Below, piece by piece: positions 26,181 through 38,099 of a DNA stretch of 64,000 nucleotides. Source of the stretch: Lama guanicoe. Its lineage: Eukaryota. Each line of letters begins with the position of its first letter. The first letter of the stretch is position 1. The notes under the pieces were generated by a model, which made no database searches, was not told the DNA's origin, and worked only from the letters and a program-made list of their open reading frames with translations. The stretch is from assembly GCA_013239625.1 (NCBI GenBank), contig MU053379.1, positions 1,170,974 to 1,234,973 on the forward strand, read 5' to 3'. Position numbers and translations under genes: made by a program.

Positions 26181-26499
26181 GGATGAGGAGGTCGTCTGGG
26201 GCCCACTGGGCAAGTTTTTTAGAAGTCCTGGGGACCATCACTGGTCACAGGAATCATGGATTTACACACCTCTGGTGTGGCTGGGCTTGGGGACTTTGAG
26301 TTCCATTTAAAATTTTTATTACGAAGAAATTTCAAACAAACAAATACAACTCCGTAGACCCATCACCCAGATTTAACCCTTATCACCCCATGACCAACCT
26401 TGATTCATCTCAAAATGATACACTGAGAATCCTTACAACCCACCGAGGTTTTGCTGTCACTGCCCTGTTTAACAACAGCCAGATTTCATCCAGACTTTG

Positions 26500-26650
26500 T
26501 CACTTTAGAACTGTGTCACCTAGGGCGAGAGACTGACCTCACTGTGCCTCAATTTTCTCATCTGTAAAATGAAGATAAATTGTGTTTCACTGTGTTACTG
26601 TGAGGCCAGAACGAGGTAAAACTCATACAGCGCCTGGAATGGTCTCTGGT
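26500..26650 (+). mobile_element. MIR
   Basis: ctgtgtcacctagggc...ctgtgcctcaattttctcatctgtaaaatgaagataa. Confidence 0.75.
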
Positions 26651-27899
26651 GGATTCCAGTGTCCAGTGAGTGTTCATTTTCCTTATTAAGATCACAGGTG
26701 AGAGATCAGCTCAGGCTGTGTCAGCAACGGGTGGGAGCAGACTGGGTTCACAGTCTACGTCCTGGCTCTGTGCCCAGCAAGCCGCCCGCAATCTTTTCTT
26801 CTATGGCAGGGCCACTCCTGATGCCTTTGAGGGAGAGGAAACCCTACCCTGCTGGAGCTTGAGCGTTTCCAGTGACTCTGCTGAACCTTCTGGTTCTTGT
26901 TCTGCCCGCTGTGGCTCCTGCCTGCCCAGAGAGGACTGCCTGGTGGGCAGGGGGAGGACTCCTGGGCTCCCGACAGCCCAGCCTCAGGTGGGCGCCGCTT
27001 GCCTTTTGCATGCCGAACCACGGGTGGGTTTCCTTCCCTCATCTTTGACATCTTGTGCCTTATAACGCCGCTTCTGGGGATCAGAGCCCCCACTGCCTTC
27101 CGCAGGAAACAAGGCCTGTTGTCGGGGGACCGTTTTCCCCGAGACTCATCTTCAGACCCGGCAACCCTCTTCACAGCCCCGCCATCCTCGCGCCAGTGTC
27201 CCCTCTCAGCGTTTGTTCAGGCCTTCTCACTGCCGGCTGCCTGCTGTGAACAGCCTCAGCCGGCCTCAGCCTTGTGTCCCTGTTCGGTCCCACGCCGTCC
27301 CGTCCTTGTCCTGCCAGAATATTGGCAGCAGCCCTGCACCCGCAGACACCTCAGGAGGCAGCTCTAACACATCAGGACTGCTTGTTTTAACAAAACCACC
27401 ACTTTGCTGTTACACCCAACGGAATCAAGAGTTCTTTCTCCACTTGTTTTAAAACTTTTTTCAGTCAGAACAGCTCTGGTCAGAGGCAGGAGAGGGGGGT
27501 GGATCTAGAATTCAGTGGGGTGATTTTTCCCTGTCTCCGCCATTCTGTCTCCCGTTTCTACTGGCCTTGCAGACCTAGGTTAACATCTGCAACCTCTGCC
27601 CTTGGCATGAGCTGGGCCCCATGCGTTTTCCTGGCCGCCGTTCTTTCCGAACGCACCTCCCGTGCGGTTGGCTGCCGTGTTCTCAGGGCGCCTGTGCCGC
27701 CCCCTGGATTCCTTCTTCCTCCCTGGTCTCCACTCCGGCGCGGGCGCCGCGCACTGTCCTTGCTTCCTGTCTCTTCTCCACCTTCTTGTCCCTCTTCCCA
27801 CCCCGCCCCCCGCCTTGAGTTGGGCACCTGAGGTTTAAATACTGATCTTGCCATTCAGCCTGAGAGACCTTTCTAATCATTTGCTTCTATCTCGACCCC

Positions 27900-28310
27900 C
27901 AAGTCAGACTGCCTGGGGTCAAACCTCAGTTTCACATGTCTAGCTGTGTGGCCCTGAGCATGTTACTTTACCTCTCTGAGCCTTCTTTTCCTCATCTGCC
28001 AAATAAGGATCATACTGGTGCCCACCTTGCAGGGATGTTGGGTGTGATAACACTTGTAATGAGACAAATTCTTTTTATTTACATATTTATTTATTTTTAT
28101 TTTTTGAGGGGAGAGGTGATTAGCCTGGCTGGCTGGCTGGCTGGCTTGTTTGTTTGTTTATAGGAGAGACTGGGGATTGAACCCAGGACTTTGTGCATGC
28201 TAGGCACGCACTCTACCACTGAGCTGTACCCTCCCGCAGTAACACTTGTGATGAGGTTAGAGATCTGGTACGTAGTAAATTCTAAGTCATTGTTAACTGG
28301 GGTTATTATG
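27900..28310 (+). mobile_element. MIR (split by SINE)
   Basis: agtcagactgcctggggtcaaacc...ctagctgtgtggccctgagcatgttactttacctctctgagcc. Confidence 0.75.
28064..28239 (-). mobile_element. Vic-1-like SINE inserted into a MIR
   Basis: tRNA-like head on the - strand. 16-bp TSD TAACACTTGTAATGAG (28048-28063) / TAACACTTGTGATGAG (28240-28255). Confidence 0.9.
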
Positions 28311-28952
28311 AATACCTCCAGCTTCTCCTCCAAGTCCCCTTTTCAGTCTCCTCCTCTACTCAGCACCCTTCTCAGATCCTGAATTCAGCAGCCGGGAAGT
28401 AGATCCCATTGTCTGCCTTTGTTTCCCAACACCCCTCGGCTTCAGTGTCAGCTCCTGCTCCCGGGCCCCCTGTTGGGGCAGGATGCTGGATGCGTCAGGG
28501 CCCTAGGGCTCTCAGGCTACGTCATCGCTGTCCCGCTGGACTGGGGGTGATTTTTTGAGGGTCGGGCGCCTTGTGTCTCTTGAGTCACTGATCCAGTTCC
28601 TGGCACCTGGGTAGACTAAGTGTGCAACGCACCATGAGGACCAGGTTGTGGCGGGAGCGGAAGCTCACGTGGGAAATTGATTGGAAAGTGTGGTTCAGGC
28701 ATTATTGGAGTGAGCCTAGGTACCAAGTTAGTGTGGACCTGATCTGGGGCAGGAGGGCCTTGGAAAGGGTTTGGAGCAGAGCAGTTACCATGGTTTCCCT
28801 CCAGCTGTTGCCCTGCGTCTTTCCTCCCCTTTAGAGCGAAACTCCTTGAAAGCCTTCTTTATTCTTGCCGTTGCCCTTAATATCCTTCTACTGCCTTTTA
28901 AATACTCCAAGGAGGCTTTTTCAACTCTACCCGTTAAAAAATATTCTTGTCT

Positions 28953-29052
28953 GGGAGGTGGTTAGCTCAGTGGTAGAGTGTGTGCTTAGCATGCACGAGG
29001 TCCCAGGTTCAATCCCCAGTACCTCCATTTAAAAAAAAAAAGTTAAAAAAAC
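28953..29052 (+). mobile_element. Short-form Vic-1-like SINE (tRNA head plus poly-A)
   Basis: TAGCTCAGTGGTAGAG...GGTTCAATCCCCAGTACCTCC then an A-tail, flanked by repeated ATTCTTGT. Confidence 0.85.
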
Positions 29053-29133
29053 AAATTCTTGTGTAAGTTACCGGTGAGCTCCCCGTGGCTTAATGTCAGT
29101 CAGCACCCAGGCAGCCTTTTAAGTGGTTCCCTA

Positions 29134-29831
29134 TGCCTGCAGTGCAGCCAGGACCGTGTCTGAGGACCGGCGACACAAGACATAAGAAACAGAGAGACAA
29201 GGTAAAGAGCGAAGATGGGACCAGGGGACTCAAGAGCTCATGGCTCGAGAGTGCCGAAAACCTGGTCGACATCATATTTATTAGGAGTATACAGCTCAGA
29301 AAAAAATGCGATCAAACAGGTGGGGCTTTAGATATTTCAAGAGATAAGCACTAAGTTCTGCCTGCTGGCTAGCTGGTTAATTTCAGGCCTGTCCGTTCCA
29401 GGAACAGTCCCCCTCCTGGGGTGTGCGACACTTCTGAGTCTATCCTGCGATTGCCTCTGGGACATCTGGAGATAGCAGATAGTCCCCCTGGGTTAAACCG
29501 CATGCTTTCACGCCAGAACCAGGTTCTGTTGGCGGATGATCTGGCTTCCCAGGACCATCCATTGTTTTACCCTAAGGAGATAACTGCCCTCTTTGTGTCC
29601 TTATGGTCAACCTTAGGATTTCTCCTTACAAGTTTTCTTCAGCATAATACATGTTATAGGTCGTCTACTGCATAAAACATTAAAACAAAGCGAGCATGTG
29701 CATTTTAAGCAAGTAAGTGTGAATACACTGTTTTAAGCTCATGGAAATCTAGGTGCGGCTTGTTTTCTAGCTGCTTGTTGTCCAGCGGCTTGTCTTCCAG
29801 CAGCCTGCTTCCTTCTTAGGCTCCTTCCACG
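29134..29831 (-). mobile_element. Probable ERV solo LTR (ERVK-like) in ZNF133 intron
   Basis: About 700 bp of non-LINE sequence. On the - strand, AATAAA (+ strand tttatt at about 29277) is followed by a pyrimidine-rich U5-like tract ending ...GCAGGCA. Boundaries and TSD are ambiguous. Confidence 0.5.
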
Positions 29832-29949
29832 TGACTGTCCCTGGTTCCCAGTTTCCCTCGTGCCTCGTGGGCTGCTCCTCCGCTCCTGCACCCACACTGC
29901 GGAAGGCCCACGCCAGCTCTCAGACCTCTCATCTCCAGCTGCGTCTCTC

Positions 29950-30905
29950 CTTGGTGGCCCTGTCCACTCTCAGGGGCCTGTGAGGTTCAGCCTAGACCTG
30001 TGCCTTCCACTCCAAATTCCAGGCCCCTGTCTACCTCACATGTCCACTTGGGTATCTCATGGGCACCCAGACCTAATATATCCAACAGTAAACTGATCAG
30101 CACCCCCTGAAACATGCTCCATTCCCATGGAGTGTAGACAGTTCTTTCAGGGATTTAGCTGTAAAAGGGAGCAGGGGCTGTGGCAGCTCCTTCAGCTTCA
30201 GTGCTCAGGCCCAGGCCTTGAGAGTCAGCCTCGACTCCCTTCTCCTGCTCTGATGCTCCACCCCAGCTCTCCACCAGCTGCTGCTCCCACCTTGGTTCAG
30301 GCCACCATTTCACCTAAGTGATCTCTTTGCTTCCTCCCTTGTCCCCCGAAGTCAGTACAGCGACCAGAGGGATCTTTTAAAATGTCAGTCAAATCATGTC
30401 ACACCTTTGCTGAAAACCCGCCAGTGGCATCTCATCTCAGTCAAAGTCGAACTTGGTACAGTCTCCGCATGTCTTGTCAGGCACGCACACCAGCCACAGT
30501 GAACTGGCTCTGTGCCTTGACCCTGCCAGGCTGACTCTTGCCTCAGGGCCTTTGCACTGGCTGTTCTCTTGCTCTTTTCAAAGTTACTCACTTGGCTCAT
30601 TCCCTGGCACCCTTCAGAGATTTTGTACTCAGTCGCCTTCTCAGAGAGGTCTTCCCTAACCACTATTTAAAGTAGCAAAACCCCACCCCCTTTTCTGTTA
30701 CTTCTTTTCGGCTTCCCTGCTTGTTTTTCTTCATCTCGCTCATCATTTTCTGAAGATGGAGTATGTGTTTTATTTCTTAATGTAATATGTCCATCTTCCC
30801 CCTCTAAACTGTCATGTCCGTGAGGGCATGTTTTTGTCTCTGTCCACTTCTGTTCCCCAGTGTCTGAAATAGTATCTGTAACACAGTAAGAGTAGAATGA
30901 GTGAA
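29950..30905 (+). mobile_element. L2 3' remnant
   Basis: tccacttgggtatctca, gaccagagggatcttttaaaatg, cctcagggcctttgcactggctgttc, ending gaatgagtgaa. Confidence 0.75.
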
Positions 30906-31194
30906 TAACCCAGCCACATGTAGATAGCTAATTCGGGAGGAATGGATGAGGCCAACCAGTATGTTGGGAGATGTCAGCAGATTTCACTTTTAATTCTCTT
31001 CAGTGGTTTTCCTGCGGTTCTTCAGTGCCCATCATGTTTCATTTCAATCTATTCTTCCTTGATGTCTTGTAATTTAGTCTTCATTTCTTACGTAGTGTCT
31101 TTTTTTCCTGAAGTTCAATGAATTCTCATTTTGTTTAATTTTTTTTGTCTATTACTTGTCCATTCTTTGTCCACTCTTGGCTTTTGAATTTCCC

Positions 31195-31340
31195 CCCCAG
31201 TTTTACTGTGATATAATTGACATATAACGTTGTATTCGTTTAAGGTTTGCAACATAATGATTGGATGTATATATGTGTATGTTGCAAAATGGTTACCACA
31301 ATAGGTTTAGCTAACATTCATCACCCACATAGTTACACAT
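31195..31340 (-). mobile_element. L1MA-type 3' tip
   Basis: ttttactgtgatataattgacatataac...gcaaaatggttaccacaatagg...catagttac. Confidence 0.7.
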
Positions 31341-32649
31341 TTAAATTTTTGATTCAAGATGATTTCTCATATCCCCAAATGCTTGAGGCTACATAATTCA
31401 GCTTGGAGTATCCTGTTAAGGCTTTGTCAAAAAAAAAAAGTTTCTGTGGAGTTTTCCTTAGCTGAATTTTGAATTATTATATTTTGCTTTGGCTTTTCTA
31501 TAGATGAAGACTACACATTCGCATTTCTGTAGACAGCTCTCAGATTCTAGTGGTTGTGAAATTTTCTAGCGCAGGAAAACTCCATCAGTGTGGCAAGTAC
31601 GACTTTACTGGATTGCAGGGGGGAGAGGCTGTACGTCTTTATTTTTTTCTTATTCCCTTCTGTTTTGCAAGACCCTAAATTTCTCCCTTTACTTTGCATT
31701 TTCCAAGGGGCGCCTCTTCCTTGCTTGTAATCCCCTTTTCCCCAGAGCTTTATCTTTCCAAGACCTCCCATTCTCATTCTGCCTCCACTTTCAAACCCCT
31801 TCCCGGTGGTAAGTGCTCTGATCAGTGCACTTTCTCAGTATTTTCTCATCGTGCGGCCTTTCTTTCTGCTGGTGGCTTTCAGTCAGCTTTAAACCTGCCG
31901 CTAGTGCCTCTCTTCCATTTTAATAGGTAATGTATTTACAGGCATTTTGAAGTTGGGGCATTCTGTCTAGTTGAAAGGATAATGTTTTGTGGGGTTTACT
32001 TGTGTTTCAGTGGGAGCTTAATTAAGGTATTCAGCAGTCTGCTCTCACTTGACTGACTGAGACTCTCGACTTGACCTCTCCTGTAGCTGAAATCCTCGCG
32101 CGACTCAGTCAGCCTCCCAGTTTCCCTGATCCACCCAGCTCCTTGGTGCCTCGCTTTGTGTTTACACATTCCGTATTCAGCTAGAAGTTTTTAGCGGGGT
32201 TACATGCAGATTTGGGGCTCCTTTGTTGCTCGCACTTGTCTAGCGTCCTGCTGCGCAGTTTCCAGGAAGTCTGGAAGCCACCCAGACTAGGACGCGCCCT
32301 CAGATGAAAACGGGGTTAAATACAGGTCTCAGTGTGTCCCTCCTTTCAAGGGTCATGTCCCCTCCAGTTTCTGGATGCTCTTGGTTGCTTTTGTCTTCAA
32401 ATAGGTGCTATTTGTATTTTGATTAGGGTTTATAGTGATTAGCAAGAGGGTTAATTAGATAGAAGCTATTCTGTCAGTCTAAGAATCTAATGCTACTAGT
32501 TTTAAATGTACTAATTTGGTACATTTTTTTTAAAAACATTTTCATTTCTTCTTAGTTTCTACTTTTTTTCCTACTTTCTAGAGTTGAAGACAAGTGAAAA
32601 CAATGAGTTGGTTGGTCTTTTTTTAAACCCAAATCATTGGTAATTTAAA

Positions 32650-33230
32650 AAATGGATGGAATCAAGTGTTGTGACAGGTGTGGAAAGGGGCCCTGTCAAG
32701 TGCTCGTTGGGGTGGTGAATTGCTGTGCCTCTGGAGGGCGATTCAGAAGCGTAAGCATGCGCTCGGTATTAAGCCCAGAGACCCGCTCTTCTGTTATTAC
32801 TGAGATGTGCGGAGAGCTGTGGCTCGTGAGCTGGCTGGTGACAGACACCGCACGCTCACTGTCACCTGACAGAAGAACACTTGGTTAGAGAAAACGTAGT
32901 CTGCCGGTGGCTAGTAAGGAGTGGAGTCAGCTCTGTGAGTGCAAGCACAGATAGCCCCAGGATCCTAAATGGAGACAAGCCAAAGAGCAGGGCAGATGAT
33001 TTTTATTTGGGGAAAATAACGTTATTTGCACATGTACGTAAATATGAAGGAAGATTAAGAGATAAAGGTATAAATAAACGAGTACTCACTGAACAGCGAA
33101 CAGTGTTACCCTGGGAAGGGTGTGGGCCTGGGGCAAAATCCAGAAAGAGAACTAAACATTTTACTTTATACTCTTCAGACTGCACTCAATTCTAACAGTC
33201 ACATGTATAATTAAATATAATGAAATTAAA
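32650..33230 (+). mobile_element. Old L1ME-type 3' fragment
   Basis: caagtgttgtgacaggtgtggaaa..., gttaccctgggaaggg..., ttttactttatactct; heavily decayed. Confidence 0.5.
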
Positions 33231-34131
33231 CCACAAAAATAAATGTCCTTTCAGATATCTTTTGATATCCCTTTATGAGTGATTTGCCATTTTAAAAAAC
33301 TTTTCTTGACCACTTAGTCCGAATCATCATACATCTTAGTTTAACCTGCGTCATCATAATTCATTATTTCAAAATGGATCTTTGATTTTTCTGGCCAGTT
33401 TTTGGCCTTCGTTATTGCTTTAGGTTTCACTGGTTTTGCTCTCAAGGCAATGCTTTCTCTGTCTTGGCTAGTCAATTAAAACTTGTATACGTTTTACTTT
33501 TTTAATGAAAACTCTTAAAAATAAAGGAGACGCTAGCACAGTGAACATCATCATGTGCATCACCTTGATGTAACACTTGTTCGTATTTTGCCGTATTTGC
33601 TGCATCTGGGTTTTTGTGTTTTGTGGGGATGTTTTGGTGGCGTTTAGGAACTTTAAAATAATTTTTATTAATGGAAAAATTTCAGACATGTTCGAAGCAA
33701 GGATAATACAATAAAACCCCAGCTTTAACAGTAATCACCATGCAGCAGTCTTGGGCAGGGGCAGAGGAGTTGTCCAGTTTTTTCTGAAGTGTTTTTAAAG
33801 TAACCCCACGGGTCATTTTCATCCGTAAGCGCTTCAGGATATATTTCTTTGAAAAACAACCACACTAATACCATTTTCACAACCCCTCACATTAATAATG
33901 ATGCGTTAACACCTACTGTAAGTAGGTGGCCTCAAAGACCTCTGTCTCCATTTAGTTTGCTGGGATCGGAGAGCTGAGGACCGAACCAGCTAAAGGCCTG
34001 GCTCTCGCAGCTTTCTCCCTGCGCCCTGGTGAAGAACCAGACGGCTGTGCTTCCACCGTGCCCCTCCCCTAATTGTAGGGTTGGAGGGCATTTCCAGCTT
34101 ACACCCTCTAATTTCTGCTTTCCTCACCCAG

Positions 34132-34206
34132 ATCTGCCTTCTGAGATACCCTCCTTTAGGGATACCAGGAAAATTGGCCACAGGGTCCCGGAGAGCCAGG
34201 GTGATG
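34132..34206 (+). other. ZNF133: Probable upstream (5'UTR or minimally coding) exon of ZNF133
   Basis: Acceptor tttctgctttcctcacccAG (34130-34131); donor ATG|GTGAGT (34207). The last 11 codons, LATGSRRARVM, join in phase 0 to AHMAFRDV of the KRAB-A exon. Confidence 0.65.
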
Positions 34207-34479
34207 GTGAGTGTTCCCTGCGTTTCCACGCTGGCTGCCGCAGGGCGGAACAGCCCTGCCTCTTGTCCTGACTGCCTCGTGGGTACCTGGCAGATCCCAG
34301 CTCTGGTGTAACTTACGTTACCTGCAGCCTGTTTGACTTTGTCGATTTAGAAAGTTACCACCTGTAGAAATATTACCCCTGGAAAAGGCACAGGATCAGA
34401 AAAGACATGAGAAAACCTTAAGTCAACACCTTAGCTTGAACCCTGGCATGAAGGCACCCTACAACTACCACCAGAAAAA

Positions 34480-35081
34480 ACCAAAACAAAACAATAGTTT
34501 AAGAGAACTCTGGGGCAACATGAAGCACACTAATACTCATTACAGGGGTCCCAGAAAGAGAAGAGAGAAAGGACCTGAGAAATTTTGTGAAGAGCTAATA
34601 ACCAAAAACTTTCTTAACTTGGTTGGGAAAGGAAACAGTCACCCAAGTCCTGGAAGCATAGAGAGTTCCACACAGGGTCAACCCAGGGAGGAGCACACCA
34701 AGGCACATGGTCATCAAATTGACAATTAAGGATAAGGAGGAAATGTTAAAATTAGCAAGAGAAAAGTAACAAATAAATGCAAGGGAGCTCCCATAAGGTT
34801 ATCAGCTGATTTTTCGGCAGAAACTCTACAGGCCAGAAGGGAGTGGCCTTTATTCATCACTTTATTTTAAGTGATGAAAGGGAAAAACCTACAACCAAGA
34901 ATACTCTGTCCAGCAAGGCTCTCATTCAGACTTGATGGAGAAATCAAAAACTTCACAGATAAACAAAATCTAAAAGAATTCAGCACCACCAAAGCAGCTT
35001 TACAACAAATGTTAAAGGACCTTCTCTAGTCATCAAAACATAAGAAACGAGAACAAAAAGAAGAGAAAAAAAAGACCTACA
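34480..35081 (+). mobile_element. L1 ORF1 fragment
   Basis: NSLRELWGNMKHTN..GPEKFCEELITKNF; cccataaggttatcagctgatttttcggcagaaactctacaggccagaagggagtgg. Confidence 0.85.
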
Positions 35082-35885
35082 AAAGGTTGCTTTGGCGATT
35101 TGGGGTCTTTTGTGGCTCCATGTGGATTTTGGAGTCACTTGTTCTAGTTCTGTGAGGAATGTCGTGGGTATTTTGACGGGGGTTGCGCTGGATCTGTGGG
35201 TTGCTCTGGGTAGTGTGGCCATTTTGATAGTGTTGATTCTTCCAATCCAAGAGCACAAGATATCTTTCCATTTCTTTGTATCATCTTCAATTTCCTTCAT
35301 CAATGCTTTACAGGTTTCAGAGTATAGGTGACCTCCTTGGGTAAGTTTATTTCTAGATATTTTGATGTTTTTCATGCAGTGGAAATGTTTATGCCAGTTT
35401 TAAAATTCTGCTTTTTGACGTGGAAAAAAAAGTGAATGAAGGGCTGCAAATGGCAAAATACCCTTCTCTCTTATGGGTAAGTTGTACTCTGTTACATACA
35501 TATGCTGCGTCTTCTTTATCCATTCATCTGCTGATGTGCACTGGGATGCTTCCGTATCTCAGCAATTATAAATAATGCTGCTGCTAATAGCGGGGTGTCT
35601 GTCTTTCTGAATTGTTTTTCTCGTGTGTATGCCAGAGTGGAATTGCTGGGCCGTGTGTTGGTACTATTTTTAGGTTTTTGAGAAACCTCCATATTTGCCA
35701 TACTGGCTGCACAGTTTACATTCCCACCAGCGGTGTACAGGGGTTTCCTCTTCTCCGCGTCCTTGCCAACATTTGTTGTGTTCTTTCTGGTGACACACTC
35801 TGACAGGTGTGAGATGGTGTCTCGCTGTGATGTAGATCTGCATTTCCCTGATACTAGTGATGTCGAGCAGCTTTTCATCAGGAAA
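35082..35885 (-). mobile_element. L1 ORF2 fragments (antisense)
   Basis: ORF 34980..35375(-) contains [19 protein letters not shown]; 35440-35885 is the ORF2 C-terminal region. Confidence 0.85.
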
Positions 35886-36683
35886 TCTGGCCACTTTAGT
35901 CTTCCCTTGAGTCCTGCCATTCATTCAAGACCAAATTCCTGGGCCTCTCACGAAACCATCCCTGATGTCTGTACTCCAGTGTGCGCTCCATTTTGAAATA
36001 GTGTTGCAAAAAAAAATAGTAAAATTGGGCAGGGGGATGGGAGTGGCATGTAGAGATGAATTTGTAGACTGAGGAGCCAAGCATGTGCATCCTGAGCACC
36101 CGCAGTGTGTGACAGGAGTTTAATGGGCTGTGACCCATGTGTCACAGGTGAGAAAACGGAGCCGCTAGCGGATGGCAGGGGTGGGCCCCACACCAAGGCC
36201 GTGCAGCTCAGGTTCGTGTTCAGCGCTTCCCTCGGGTGCCTCTCGGGCCCCAGCACGCGGAAGGGGCTGGGGATTGGGGGGAAGCGCTGAGTTGCAGTCT
36301 GGTCCTCGCTGTTGTTGAATTGTATGAACTTGTCATTCAGCTGCTTGAACACTGATACCATTGTTTGGACTGTTCTTTCAAATTTTTAAAGTCAGAAGTC
36401 TGTTACTTTACTGTTGTTTCATTTTTACGTTGTTTGCTCTTCCCTCAGCCTAGATTTAAAGTTCCAGACTCCATTTTTTGCAGGTATTCTCCAAAACAGC
36501 CCAGCAGGATCTTGAATGTGCAGGTTCACAAGCGCCACTGCACAGATGGTGACACGGGTTTAAAGGTCTCGGAACGCAGGGCGCCAGGGTCGAAGGCAGG
36601 GTCTCGATCTCTCACCTGCCTCCCCTGGAGGCCTTCTCCCTGCCCCTCACCCTGGGTCCTGGGCAAGGCTGGCTCCTGGCTGA

Positions 36684-37148
<465 letters not shown>

Positions 37149-37344
37149 TAAACGGGGGTGGTGTCCACCTACCCAGCAGGGAGCAGAGCACTCCCTGGGC
37201 CCTGGCTCACCTCCCCCCGTCGCTCTCCCCATTCCTGGCCTTCCCGTCACTCTGTGAAACTCCCCGCCTGGTTTGGCTCCGAGTCAGGACCTGGCCTTTG
37301 AGCTTGCAACCTCCAGCCATGTTGTTTTCTTTTCCTCTGAGTAG

Positions 37345-37440
37345 GAATTCCATTTTCTAAACCCAAACTCATCACCCAGCTGGAGCAAGGGAGGGAAACC
37401 TGGAAGGAAGAGAGGAAAGGCCCGCCGGCCCCCTGCCCAG
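37345..37440 (+). CDS. ZNF133: ZNF133 KRAB-B coding exon (96 bp)
   Basis: Polypyrimidine tract plus tAG at 37343-37344. Reads (G)IPFSKPKLITQLEQGRETWKEERKGPPAPCP. Donor CAG|GTGAGT at 37441; phase 1-1, consistent with both neighbours. Confidence 0.93.
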
Positions 37441-38099
37441 GTGAGTGGGGAGCCAGCCCTGGGCGGCTCGGGGGCTGGGAGCGGGGAGGCCGCTGTCCGC
37501 GCCTCGGGCTGCTGTGTGCGGGGCTTGGCGTGGCCGCACCGCCGGACCCCGTCCTCACTCCAGCTGCCCTGCCGGCTCTCCTCCTTCCTCCGCTGGGTCG
37601 GCCTCTCCCTCTCGGTTCCCTCCCGCCTTCGTGGGCTTCTTGTCGTTAGTTTTTAAAAAGGTCCAAGTAAGAAAGTGGGGAAAAACAGTGATCTAAAGAA
37701 AAGAGGCAAGCCCAGCGGGAGGAAGGGAGGCCATGAAAAGCCAGGTGGGAAACTGAAATGGAATTCGAAAAAAATTATGAGGCTGGGGAGGGGAAGTTTC
37801 CGTTGGTCGTGTGAGTGCCAGTGTCACCCTCCGTTTTGCCTCTTGGCCCTGAAGCCTAAGCTATTTGCTGTTTGTCCGTGTAAGGTGAGGCTTGCTGACC
37901 CTGCTCACAGGGGCTACAACCAACAGCCTTAACGAACGTTTCCTGTTCTACTTCCTTGGGCACCACTTCGCGTAAAGTGTGGCTTTGCAGTCACGGCGGC
38001 CAGTTCCGACGACACCCTGCCCCCAGCGCGCTGCGTCCTGCGGTTGGCACTCGTGTTACCGCCCATCCTTTCTAAAGGCCCTAATGCAGTGTTAAAATA

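Noticed and set aside
28953..29030. tRNA gene calls for the A/B-box elements (also 13203, 16145, 28064, 1855)
   Set aside because: They have TSDs and A-rich tails, diverge from each other and lack a clean cloverleaf or terminator, so they are SINEs.
36449..36565. Additional ZNF133 5'UTR exon just upstream of KRAB-A
   Set aside because: The acceptor at 36447-36448 is good, but the candidate donors (GTATTC, GTTCAC, GTCTCG) are weak; not supportable without RNA data.
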